DNA of 43,465 nucleotides from Octopus sinensis (Eukaryota): NCBI RefSeq assembly GCF_006345805.1, contig NW_021835036.1, positions 1 to 43,465 of the forward strand, read 5' to 3'. Shown piece by piece: positions 12,581 to 24,531 of this stretch (position 1 is its first letter; each line of letters starts with the position of its first letter). The notes under the pieces were generated by a model. It saw only the letters and a program-made list of their open reading frames with translations, ran no database searches and was not told where the DNA came from. The position numbers and the translations under genes were made by a program.

Positions 12581-12760
12581 CTAAACAAGGGTTGTGTTCG
12601 ATATCCAAAATTGAACACTGTCCAAATTTGCTTTAATCATATTAAACGGGAACGCGGCAAATACGGACGCTATCGGACATAAATCGCCATCTTCTCGCTT
12701 TCGATCATAAATATCTCCAGCATCATATTCACAGTAGCGGTTTATACGTCTCTGCGTGGG
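12581..12760 (-). CDS. Candidate terminal exon (PTQRRINRYCEYDAGDIYDRKREDGDLCPIASVFAAFPFNMIKANLDSVQFWISNTTLV*), product unknown
   Basis: Acceptor gtacattctAG at 12762-12761 followed by 59 open codons in non-repetitive, GC-raised sequence. No recognised homology. Confidence 0.25.
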   Translation of the reverse strand, partial: PTQRRINRYCEYDAGDIYDRKREDGDLCPIASVFAAFPFNMIKANLDSVQFWISNTTLV

Positions 12761-12785
12761 CTAGAATGTACAACGCACACACACA

Positions 12786-14059
12786 CAAGGTGCGATGGGT
12801 AAATTGTCGCCAATTGAAACATCCTTATTTCGCGCATGCGCATTGTTTGGTTTTGGTTTTGTCGACTAGAGAGTATAGCAGGGTAAGTGGGGCACCGTTT
12901 CTGAGAAAAAAGCAGCACCTTGACGCAATTCAGTATGTCGGAAATTTGGAAAAGATATGCTATACTGCTTGGCATTCGTACCGGAAGAGCTCCAATACAA
13001 ACATATCAAAATGTTTGGCTGTCAATCTGAGGACTGTGCAGAGGATTCAGAAAGAGTTCGATGAATCTAATGGTAATTACGAAGATACGGCAGCTCTGAT
13101 GAGAAAAAAACTCCTGAATTTGTTAGTGAGATCCAGGTCATGGTTGACAACGATCCCTATAAGTCAATCAGGTCCATCACTAGGGACATAGGAGTGTCTG
13201 ATTCTCTTATCAGGCAGGTAGTCCATGGAGATATTTGGTATTCCTCATACAAGATGAGAAAGGGCCAATTTTTATCCCAAGCCATCATACCGAGAAGGTA
13301 AGACCGCGCTACGATGCTCTTGAACAAACTCAAGCATCCCCTCCAACTGAACATGCATTGTTTTTTTTCAGATGGGAACATTTTTTGCGAAGATCACGTA
13401 TTGGACACACAGAATGAACATTGACTAGCCGCGTCCCCAGAGGGATAAAAATCAAACATCCAGTCAACATCATGGTGTTTGGGGCGATCACTAGTGATGG
13501 CGACGTTATGCCTCCATTCACCTTCCCACGCGGCTTTAGACTCAACACGGAAGCCTACATCAAGTGCCAAGAGTAGGTTGCGCTTCCTGTTTCAAAGGGG
13601 TGGCTACTAGGAGACCCTATGTCTGGCAACAGGACTCTACACCATGTCAGAGAAGAGGAGAACCCAGTCAAAGGTGTCAGGCGATTTCTGCGACTACATC
13701 AGCCTTAAATTATGGCCACTCAACTCTTCAGACTGCAACCACCTTGATTATTATGTGTGGGGCAGAGTTGGGCGAGAGACCAACAAAACACCTTCTAAAT
13801 CGAAAGATGAACTGAAGGCAAGGATTATGGCAGCATTCACACCAACTTAACCAAGAAGACCGTCGAGTAGAGTTGCAGGAGGTGCCGAAGTTGTCTGGTG
13901 GCCGTCGTTGAAAACAATGGTGGTTTTATTGAATAAACTTACTCCTTAATATTTTAAGATAATTTAATGTAATTTTGGTAGATATATCTCTTAAAATGAG
14001 ATGGCAGTATTACTTTCATTTTTTGCGTAACTGAGACGACAATTTATCACCGCACCCTG
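12786..14059 (+). mobile_element. Near full-length Tc1/mariner element, DD37D (maT/Bmmar1-like)
   Basis: Imperfect TIRs caaggtgcgatgggtaaattgtcg and cgacaatttatcaccgcaccctg|TA, 1274 bp apart, enclosing a decayed transposase. Confidence 0.9.
12935..13936 (+). pseudogene. DD37D transposase pseudogene (frameshifts and stops)
   Basis: Pieces read MSEIWKRYAILLGIR..SKCLAVNLRTVQRIQKE..FFSDG..HPVNIMVFGAITSDGDVMPP..YVWQQDSTPC..WPLNSSDCNHLDYYVWG..VVENNGGFIE*. The third catalytic residue is D; spacing is about 37 after allowing for a small deletion. Confidence 0.88.
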
Positions 14060-14073
14060 TATATACACATATA

Positions 14074-14119
<46 letters not shown>

Positions 14120-15590
14120 GACAAAGAGAGAAAGAGAGGAAGAGAGAGAGAGGGAGAAAGAGAGAGAGAGAGACAGAGAGAGACAGAGAGAGACAGAGAG
14201 ACAGACAGTCAGAAAGACAGATAGATAGTCAAAGTCTTTTATCAACATGTGCTATCTATAAGATGCAGTGAGACGGATCCGGAACCATCAAACGTTTTAC
14301 ACCACGCCCATATATCTGCGTGTGTGGGCTTGTGTGTTTGTGTGTGTATTCTGTGCGTGTTTGTATATAGGTATGTATGTATACGAAGAAAAAACGGATT
14401 GTTCAAGACTGGGATGATTTTAATATTAGTTACCGTCGTTTACGCTTGGTTTGTTCTAAAGAATAATATGAACCGCAGCAATAACACTAAACCTATAGAT
14501 GATAAGAGAATGGCTTGAATTGCTAATTAATATTAGAGCAGCGAAATCTCTCTCTGGCCACACCCTACTGCATTACAGAAAGAAAATGCAGCTTGCGATA
14601 ACCTACGTAGGGTTCTATATAAAACGGTGTATTCACATTTGCTACGCTACAAATTATATTTCTACTGAGTGAAGCTTGACTTTAGGATAAACATATCCAA
14701 CTGCCACAAGCAACAAGCAAACAACAACAACAAAACCAATAACAGCAGCAAACGGAATCAACAGCTTCAATAGCAGCAACAATGTCCACAACGGCAGGGC
14801 TTGTCGCTTTACTTTCTTGAAATAATAATTGAAGGCAATTACATCGATATCACAACATGAAATTCTGCTAATTGAATTATAATTATATTGAAATTTGAGG
14901 ATATTAAAAGGGAATAACAAAATAAAATTAAGTGCCTCTGTAATTAGGTGAGGGAGGATAGCTAATGTATTATCAATTTATAGGATTCAAAAAAAAATAT
15001 CGAAAAATATTGAACAGAAATAGTGGAGAGCGTGTTAACGTAAAATGATATCGAATAGCATTAAGCAAAAATCATCATAATTCCAGCCTAATGTAAGATG
15101 CAAAGCGAGTGGTTACATTTAAAAATTCCAGATGTGAACTAATGCCAGGTTTCAGTAATGCCTCACCCATCGCATATTCTATTATGATCGAAAGTGGTCT
15201 GAGTTTATCGAAAGTTGTTTGAGAGTAGGCACCCACCAGAACATTTGGATGCAATTCCTCATTCTGCTACAAATATTTGACGTTTCAAAAACACAGACAT
15301 TCAAGACTTCGTTATGAAAATCGAAATCAAATTCTATTTGTGCGTGCCGACCATAAAATGCAAATCAGATGACGAACATCAACGGTTTCTAAATGCTCAG
15401 ATAAACAAATAACACGTGCGGGGTATGTTTCTCTGCAGTGGTTGCACACAACAGATCCACTGAGCTTCACTATATAGAGCACTATATTATAACCATTATA
15501 TGGGATCTTGAGCCTAAAGGAACAGACACAAAATTAAGTGAAATATTAAGGTGTTCCCTGCACACATTCAAGTATCAAATGCTGGTCTCT

Positions 15591-15804
15591 AAGGCGGCGA
15601 GCGGGCAGAAACGTTAGCATGCCGGGCGAAATGCTTCGCAATATTCCGTTTGCCTTTACGTTTTGAGTTCAAATTCAGTCGAGGTCAACTTTGCCTTACA
15701 CCGTTTCGGGGTGGCTAAATTAAGTACCAGTTGCGTGCTGGAGTCGATGTAAGCGATTTCCCCCTACCCAAAATTTCGTGCCTTCTGCTAGACTAGAAAA
15801 AAAA
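15591..15804 (+). mobile_element. tRNA-derived SINE family A
   Basis: aaggcggcgagcgggcagaaacgttagc...gagttcaaattc...aaattaagtaccagttgcg..., with an A-rich end. Confidence 0.9.
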
Positions 15805-16033
15805 TGCTAATCCCTCACTCAGTTATTTATAAATTAGCACATCCAAACGTGATTTTCTAATCTACCGTTGCATAATAAAATGTTTAGAAAGAAAATACAA
15901 AACCTTGCAGTTAAGACTTAACTAGAAGCAAATTCAATAAGAAACATGTCTCAATAAACATCACGAATCACTAATTAAAACATGTGAAATATCCTGTGAT
16001 ATAACACCCCTTAATTTATATACATAACTTAGA

Positions 16034-16117
<84 letters not shown>

Positions 16118-16126
16118 TATATATAC

Positions 16127-16209
<83 letters not shown>

Positions 16210-16736
16210 GCTGTCAGATATGATATAATTACGTATTATTTTTATATTTTATATTTCTATTTCCTTGTCTATTTATATTTACTATATATTTTGTATAATG
16301 CCTTTACTGATATGTAATGGTGTAATAAAGTATTGATTGGGTATCATCTGATAGTTGATGTTTTATTGATTTAAGTATGTTTCTCCATTTTCTAATTTTG
16401 TAGTATATATTTATATATATATACATATATATATATATTCTACTTATGGAACATATAAGCCTTCAATAGAAAAAAAAGTAGGCTTTCCCATTTGCGGTAA
16501 CACACTAAATCGCGTTAACAAAGGACGTGAGTTCGAGTCACACGCGTACGGAAAAGCCATCTTTTGTCTGTCGAGGGCTTATATATCTCCATTATTACAC
16601 TATTTTCCTTAGTCATTTGCACGGTGATCGCTTTAAGCTTTAATCTTATGAAAAAAAGTACCATCACTATTATTGACAGAATTGTAAAACGCGATTCCAT
16701 TTAACAAAGCCATTCGCGCCGAAAAATATATCTATC

Positions 16737-16786
16737 CCTACCTACCTACCTACCTACCTACCTACCTACCTATCTATCTATCTATC

Positions 16787-16829
<43 letters not shown>

Positions 16830-16868
16830 CTCTATCTCTCTATCCATCTATCTATCTATCTATCTATC

Positions 16869-16900
<32 letters not shown>
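16737..16900. repeat. Compound (CCTA)n-(TCTA)n-(TA)n microsatellite
   Basis: Directly visible. Confidence 0.95.
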
Positions 16901-16904
<4 letters not shown>

Positions 16905-17289
16905 TAACAACTGACATGCATGCATATAAAGTAAAGTAGTCCCATGCCTTCCCTTCCGCCGATGGAGATGCCTATACCAAAATATATTCAAAGAAAGACC
17001 AAGAGGATTTTCCAATAATTAATTCTAAAGCTGGTTCTCGATTACCATTTGTGCAGAATATATATCAAATGTTTCGTTGAGAAGAGTAATTAACTGGTAC
17101 TCCTTTTAGCGCTCACTAAGACTGAGTTACAAAATCGATCTGTTTCAAAATTTAATATTGAACGATGTGATTGGTGCAAAGCACAGTAGTTCATTCGTTA
17201 TCTGCCTTTTCATCCATACATCCGTTCACAGGTACTTACACACCTAAGTACGTTCATACACACACACGCACACACACACACACGTATAT

Positions 17290-17320
<31 letters not shown>

Positions 17321-17478
17321 CACACATTTACGCATATAGACGTATACAAAGGCTGATATGTACACACACACAAGCACACTAAGATACACACATATATATA
17401 TAATATCATATATATATATATGTGTGTGCGTATTTATATACACATATACATACATGCATAGTGTGTGTATATATGTAT

Positions 17479-17522
<44 letters not shown>

Positions 17523-17661
17523 CGTAAGCATATGGTAACATAATATATAATAAAGAATGAGATATATGAAATATGCTTCCATAATATCGTTGATTATAGT
17601 TTGGGATATGGTTAGATATATATGAGTGTGTGTATGTGTGTTCTATGTGAGTGCGTGTATA

Positions 17662-17707
<46 letters not shown>

Positions 17708-18084
17708 CATACATACATGCACATACACATAACAAACACACACACACATATATATATATATGCATGTATACATATATGCATATATACACATACATGCTTA
17801 CACATTGAAAATTATATTAGCAGCGTCAGCGTAACCCGATGCATTTATATACATCTCTGTAAAATAAATGTGCCATGAAAGCGATAAATCTGTGCCAAAT
17901 TGTATAAAAACAGAATGAAATATAATACAATATCGCGTCCTATTATATCTCTATTTCAATTTAGCTTTGATTTTCAGAATGCGTTTGTATATATTATTTT
18001 ATTATGGCATTTAATTCCATAACATATATGATATTCTACAGTACAATGCGATGCACATACAGTCCTACATACATACCTGTATGA

Positions 18085-18189
<105 letters not shown>

Positions 18190-18407
18190 GTATGTATGTG
18201 TGTGTATAAAAGTGTGTCTCTGCACGTATAATACGAGCATGTGTATGGATGGTGTTGTCGCATAATTGATCACGTTTATGAGAGTATATAATCAAATATG
18301 ATTACTGCATCACGGTTAAATCATGCTATATGAATTCCATACATCAAGTTTGAACGTGTATATGTGTATAAACGTAATATACATGCGCGAACTTCACTGG
18401 AACTCAC

Positions 18408-18457
<50 letters not shown>

Positions 18458-18836
18458 GCTTCTTATATATGCATGTATCTATATTTATATATGTGTGTGT
18501 GTATGTTGGTATATGTTTGTGTATGTCTGTATGTATCTATGCGTGTATAGGTATGCATGTATAGTTTAATATATGTGCTTGTCAGTAGAAGCTCAGCTAG
18601 AATGGAGTTGCGAAGGATCAGTAAAGCAGATTTAAATAACATTTGTAATGATAGCGTGAAGAACGCAACTAACCCCGTCATTGGAACAGCACCAGCACTG
18701 TTATTATGTGCTTTAGATACATCAGCCTTAAAATGGCGTGTAAATTCCCTCGTTTCAATATTGAGGAATTTTATCCATGTATCTTAATATACCTGATTCT
18801 CCAATTCCTTACAGTTGCAAAAGATATATAAAATAC

Positions 18837-18887
18837 ATGAAGTCGTCCGTCATTCCATCCATAAATATTCTCTGCTGTCACTCCGAG
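18837..18887 (+). CDS. Candidate first coding exon (MKSSVIPSINILCCHSE) of a Cys-rich repeat gene or pseudogene
   Basis: Upstream acceptor ctccaattccttacAG (18813-18814), ATG at 18837, strong donor GAG|GTAAGG at 18888; phase 0 matches the 19247 exon. The signal-peptide-like character is only partial. Confidence 0.4.
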
Positions 18888-19086
18888 GTAAGGGTTCCAC
18901 CCCTGCACCCTGTAGTCATATTTTTCTCTAACATAAGACTAAGATTGCAAGTCTTTTTTTTGTTTTGTGTGAGGAAGATTTGTCACCATCTTTTCTCTAA
19001 GAAGAAATGTAATGAGCTGTTTGCCTAGGCAGGGCTGGGAAGAAATAGAAACACACAAAACAAAATAAGGCAGCAGAGAAATTCAC

Positions 19087-19124
<38 letters not shown>

Positions 19125-19246
19125 GATATTTACTACAATAGAGGGAGGAAAAGAAATTATCCAGAAATAGTTTAATATTTATACATATACGACATACATC
19201 ATTCAGGTATTCAACGTAACCCACCACCTCTATATTCAATTTCCAG

Positions 19247-19690
19247 ATAACCCTAGGAGAAATAGAGTTCGTATTAGTAGACTGTCCCATGCTGCCGACA
19301 AAGCCAGAAGATATCGATATAACGGAATTCAATAACATAGGTCCCACAGAGTGTCCCAGCTGCCTACGATGCTGCTGCCCGTGCAGTACAGTCACCTGTA
19401 AATTCTGCAACCGCTGGAGCTTGAAATTATGAAGAAGGGCTTGTGGCCCACTAAGCCCGTCATATAACAAATGTTGCTGCCGCCAGGGCTACCGAGTCAT
19501 CTCAACAACCGACTATCCCGTTAGCCCGTCTTGTCAAAAATTCTTCTACTGCAATGGCTAACGTGTCTCCTCAAGAATAAGCTATCCGGTTGGTGCGTGT
19601 TGCCAAAAGTGTCGTCTACAAAGCAGCCTTACAGTAGCTGCTCTTCTTATGCAAGTTTCACAATCAGACAGCCTACATGCATTTCATTGA
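19247..19690 (+). pseudogene. Cys-rich 23-aa tandem-repeat coding exon with two in-frame stops (TGA 19430, TAA 19559)
   Basis: Acceptor ttcaatttccAG. Frame reads ITLGEIEFVLVDCPMLPTKPEDIDITEFNNIGPTEC/PSCLRCCCPCSTVTCKFCNRWSL/KL*RRACGPLSPSYNKCCCRQGY/RVISTTDYPVSPSCQKFFYCNG*/RVSSRISYPVGACCQKCRL... with 18 Cys in about 122 codons, 69-bp periodicity, and synonymous third-position differences between repeats. AATAAA at 19860. Confidence 0.6.
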
Positions 19691-20003
19691 TATTTTGCTT
19701 CATTTCCATGAATAATGTTACCAGTACATTACTCTTAATAACTCTTGTTACTTCACTCACGCTGTTCGCTGATAAGCGTGGTTTGACGTTTATTTTTGCC
19801 ATTATTCTATTTGTGTGTTTGCTACAAATGTTTGCTTTTGTTTATCATTCATGACTCTCAATAAAAAAAAAAGCTTCAATGTGGTTGTCAGGCATTATGA
19901 GTAAAATAACTACACGTAACAAGACGCTTCGTGTAATTGCCTCCTGCAGTTGCGACTCATTTCATGGACTTTCTTTTATTACTAATTGCCAAACACACAC
20001 ACA

Positions 20004-20069
<66 letters not shown>

Positions 20070-20387
20070 CGTAGAACAAACATTAAGTTGTCATTATAGT
20101 ACTCGGGGTTTCGAATTTTGTAGCGAAGATCTACCATGCATTTCGTCGGCTATTATCGACGTGGGGATAAATACAATCTGAGAATAACAAACAGATAAGT
20201 AAGTAGAAACATAGGTTGGTAAGTTGGTATGTAGGTAGCTAGGTAAGTATGTAAGTAAGTAGGTAGGTATGTGGGTAGGTGGGTACGTACGTACGTACAT
20301 ACACAAATGGCTAGATAGCTTGATAGAAAGACAGACAGCAGATAGAAAAACATAGAAGTAGATAGGTAGACTCACAGACAGACAGAC

Positions 20388-20389
<2 letters not shown>

Positions 20390-20424
<35 letters not shown>

Positions 20425-20457
20425 TATAGATAGATCGATAGATAGATAAGATAGATT

Positions 20458-20531
<74 letters not shown>

Positions 20532-20536
20532 CAGAC
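20390..20536. repeat. (GATA)n microsatellite, preceded by (GTAR)n-like tract
   Basis: Directly visible. Confidence 0.95.
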
Positions 20537-21054
20537 ATATAGTTATTTAGGTTAGACGCCACTCTTTTAGAATTTTTCTCGCAGGAGCGAGCTGGATATA
20601 TTTCCAAAAGTACATAACACCACCTATCCAAAGAGAACACCCAGTCTCACCTTCACATATTTCACATCTATGTTAGTTTGTTATATTTTCGTATTTAAAT
20701 ATATAACATGCATATCTAGTGCAGTTTGACAAGGAAGCGTTCCTTCGAGTACGCACTTGAAGGATGCGTTATGTTCTTGTCTTCAATGTGTAATCCTCTG
20801 GGATACGTTGGAAGACAAAATGAGGCCGAATAATTGATGATCTGACAAATAATAATGTAATATTGTATTTTCAGGAAAATGGATTCAAGCAAAAACAGAA
20901 GCAACAAAGTAAATATATATCTATTATAGTCTGTAACTAAAAAAACAAAAGCATTCATATTCCTATGTAACAATATCTACTACGAACTGGACATTCCAGT
21001 GAACTTTCTGATATTCACTAATATATGTGCGTGTATATATATATATATATATAT

Positions 21055-21383
21055 AAAGGGTAAAATTAATTAATCAATTTATAATTAGTTAATAATCTTA
21101 CCAAGTAGTTCGGTATGTTAAAAGAACCCTTATCGGTAAATTTATACAAAAATTATAATTATAAACATAATTATAATTAGGGCTTAGCAAAATTGCTTTA
21201 CCACAAAACGAAATTTAGAAATAGCAGTTAAATACTATTCTACTACTATAAGATACTACTGCCTGGGAGATATCTTATGGCAGTAGAAGAGTATTTAACT
21301 GCTATTTCTAAATTTCTGTATGTCGTGTAGCTATTTTGCTAAGCCGTAATTGTAATTATGTCTATAATTATAATAATTTTTGT

Positions 21384-21386
<3 letters not shown>
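21055..21386. mobile_element. Foldback repeat, probably a Penelope-like terminus (second family), older copy
   Basis: Arms 21143-21254 and 21271-21386 are imperfect reverse complements. The left flank (agggtaaaattaattaat..accaagta.ttc.gtatg) and arm motifs (gggcttag.aaaat, ttagaaatagcag.taaa) are shared with 40325-40765. Confidence 0.55.
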
Positions 21387-21423
<37 letters not shown>

Positions 21424-21460
21424 CTATATTCATATATTTATATATATATGTGTGTGTGTA

Positions 21461-22219
21461 CGTGGTCTGATCAATAAGAATCCGGACTGTTGCCATACTA
21501 ACGAAACTAAAGCACGCAGAGAGAAGCAACTAGCGGCAACTTGATTTCGAACACTGCTATGCGGGTGCACTAAGCTTTCACATACTAACTCACATCTGCT
21601 GTTTACAGTAGTGCTTGGAAGGAAGGTGTGTAGCGTGTGATCATTGCACTGACCATGTCAGAGAACGTTTAGCAGGATTTTGGCAAGTGTTTGGTGATAC
21701 CTTCAGAGGCCTACGCAAAGCTTTCCTACACAATCAAGGAGATCTTGTTAAACCGGTGAGTCCATTTGGTCAGCTGAATGCAGTTTTTGGCACAAAATTG
21801 GCAGACACGCATCTCATACACAATTCTTCAGTGATAATGGAGTGAACTAAATCGTTACTTATCGCCAAATCGTCTGATAACACGCACCAACCGGATAACA
21901 CATTGTTGAGGAGACACGGATGGTATGGTTTTTCTCAGTTTTGCTGGTTGCAGGTCTCTCAGAAATTTGTCAATATCGACATGTTTTCGGGCATCCTAGA
22001 AACGTCTGAGCAACTCATAAACATCTGGGTAGCTCATACACTCTTCTCCACACACATTCTGCAAATTTGCGTGGGCCTCTGAACAGGTATCAAGATGACA
22101 ATTTTTTCTGTCAATCTAGAACTTAAAAAAATTCAGCAGTGCTCATAATCAATCATTGCTAAGCGGTTTCTCTCTGCGTGCTCCCGTTTCGTTACTACGA
22201 AGTTATTGATCAGACATCG
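21461..22219. mobile_element. Non-autonomous mariner derivative made of two inverted 5' ends
   Basis: TA|cgtggtctgatcaataa ... ttattgatcagacatcg|TA. The minus arm encodes a decayed mariner N-terminus (EAHANLQNVCGEECMSYPDVYELLRRF*DARKHVD..RPATSKTEKN..IITEELCMRCVSANFVPK). The plus arm repeats the same 5' region up to aggcctacgcaaag. Confidence 0.85.
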
Positions 22220-22260
22220 TATATATATATAATATATATATATATATATTTTAAAAATAA

Positions 22261-22306
<46 letters not shown>

Positions 22307-22439
22307 ATATATAATATTATATATATATACAATAATATATATATATATATATATATAATTTATATATAGATATACTAAGTCTATGTAAATATATGGGTAT
22401 TTATACAGTTTATATGCATATAACATTTACACACACACG

Positions 22440-22484
<45 letters not shown>

Positions 22485-22847
22485 TATATATATACGCAAC
22501 ACATGCATGTTTATGTAACTTCAGAATCAAAGCGCTAGGTATCTCTTTCGCTCTATCAGCTAGAATTTACAAGCAAACCTCCATGTTTTTTATGTCCTCT
22601 AGCTTTAAAGTTAGCAGCATAATATATGCTGATGCTCTGAGAAAGAGATCAGATACTCGCATCTTTTTTACGTTTCAATATAAAAATTTCAAGGTCACAA
22701 AAATTGCCCGATTATGAGTAACAACATCAAAACAACAACGAAACAACACCATAATTAACAACAACCGACGCAACATCATCGAATATACTTACGATGTGCT
22801 TAATTTTTAAGATATATATGTGTGTTTTTGTGTGTGTGTGTGTTTGC

Positions 22848-22891
<44 letters not shown>

Positions 22892-22916
22892 ATGTGTGTG
22901 TGTGTGTGTGTGTAAC

Positions 22917-23120
22917 TCCAGTACGCAGCTGGTACTTAATTTATCGACCATGAAAGGATGAAAGGCGAAATCAGCCTCGGTGGAATTTGAACTCAGAACA
23001 TAGCGGCAGACGAAATAGCACTACGCTTTTCATCCGGCATGCTAAAGTTTCTTATTTCTTTATTGCCCGGAGGGGGCTAAGCATAGAGGGGACAAACAAG
23101 GACAGACAAAAGGATTAAGT
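22917..23120 (-). mobile_element. SINE family A, fragment of a head-to-tail multimer
   Basis: Reverse complement shows the unit tail (gtttgtcccctctatgcttagcccc..aataaagaaataag) joined directly to the next body (aaactttagcatgccgg...gagttcaaattcc), as at 43.2 kb. Confidence 0.8.
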
Positions 23121-23369
23121 GAGTGTTTTATTGAGCGAAAACACCTAAAACCTCCACGAGGCTCCTGCAGTGGGTGGTGGCGATCCCTGCTGTACTCTTT
23201 CGCCATAACTTTCAATCACTCTTTCTTTTCTCTGGGCCTGCTCGCTTAGCCAGCTGGGTGTCATAATTTGAAGGCTAAAACAATGCGCTTCGCATTGTGA
23301 CCAGCGATGTGTAGCTACATCTGCTAGCGTGGTCGCTAACGGTATCACGGTAACGGTATCATATATATA

Positions 23370-23420
<51 letters not shown>

Positions 23421-23997
23421 GTGTATATATATATGTATATATGTGTTTGTGTTTGTGTGTATGTCGTGTGTGTGTTACTTTCGATGTGACGAATTGCATA
23501 GCTTGGTTTTGGGTAAATCAATTTTTCGACTTTGAGTAAATTGTAGCTGGTATGACAGCATCACTACTATATTACCAAACACATTTACCAACAACGATTG
23601 CAGTATAATTAACAAGGTTTTAATTAGTCCAATCCACTTTCATTCCTTTATGATGAATTCCAGTAAATAAGTTGCCAGTCCATTGGTGAGTTCAAAATAT
23701 CTCTCAACCCTGCATTCTGTCTGTTTGTATGTCTGTCTCTCTCTCTCTCTCTCCCACACACACATACACAAAGGTGCACGTGCATGGCCTTTTCATGGGT
23801 ATCTTCCCTTCTACCTATCAACACCATCACATTGTGTCAGGTCGTTTGGTCGGGTGAATATAGTACAGGTATTATGTACCGTAAAATAAATTAACTACTT
23901 ACAAATGCTGTTAATATATCTGAAGCGTCATGGTAAATGGCTTATGTATATGTCTACATACATACTTACATACATACATACCTACATACCTACATAC

Positions 23998-24119
<122 letters not shown>

Positions 24120-24492
24120 GGGATGATGATTCAAAAGTCTCCATGCATAGTAAAACATTCTTTTATAAAAAACTGTTTAGAATAAATCCCCTAGATTCCG
24201 TGATCCTCTTGATTCCTCTTGATTTCTATCTTTGGGGCATTTGAAAGGCATGGTGTATCGCAGAAAGATAAAAAAAACATAAATCATTTGAAGGAAAGCA
24301 TCACTAACTCATTTGCACACGTATCGCCAGATGTTCTGTTAAGAGCTCACAATGAACTGGGTAAACGTATTGCAATGTGTATTCAAAACAATGTTAAACA
24401 TAAAGAGACTGTTAATTAAAATAAACTGGTCTTATAAACTTATTCTTATAAAGAAATAAATTGTTCTTATGTATGGCGACTTTTGAATCACC

Positions 24493-24495
<3 letters not shown>
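24120..24495 (+). mobile_element. Internally deleted Tc1/mariner element retaining the transposase C-terminus
   Basis: Right TIR ggcgacttttgaatcaccctg|TA and degenerate left TIR gattcaaaagtctccat. Internal frame DFYLWG(H)[48 protein letters not shown]. Confidence 0.85.

Positions 24496-24531
<36 letters not shown>

Noticed and set aside
16515-16700. 61-aa minus ORF with a hydrophobic N-terminus (MESRFTILSIIVMVLFF..)
   Set aside because: Hydrophobic runs arise readily in T-rich DNA; there is no good donor or recognisable homology.
18463-18782. Minus-strand frame with a GPI-signal-like stretch (NSAGAVPMTGLVAFFTLSL)
   Set aside because: It has no convincing acceptor and runs into a microsatellite before stopping.
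18825-18855. TATATAAA plus TCATTC initiator as the promoter of the Cys-rich gene
   Set aside because: Spacing is short (25-27 nt), it would exclude the ATG at 18837, and TATA-like words are ubiquitous here.
19430-19564. Stops as mutated GRR/GKR prohormone cleavage sites
   Set aside because: Alignment of the 23-aa units shows the stops correspond to Cys (TGC) and Tyr (TAC), which is more parsimonious.
19341-19637. Ala-rich +1 frame (VPQSVPAAYDAAARAVQ..) as the true coding frame, resembling talin or PABP helices
   Set aside because: It has three internal stops, no open upstream connection, and the differences between repeat units are synonymous in the Cys frame, not this one. It is not fully excluded.
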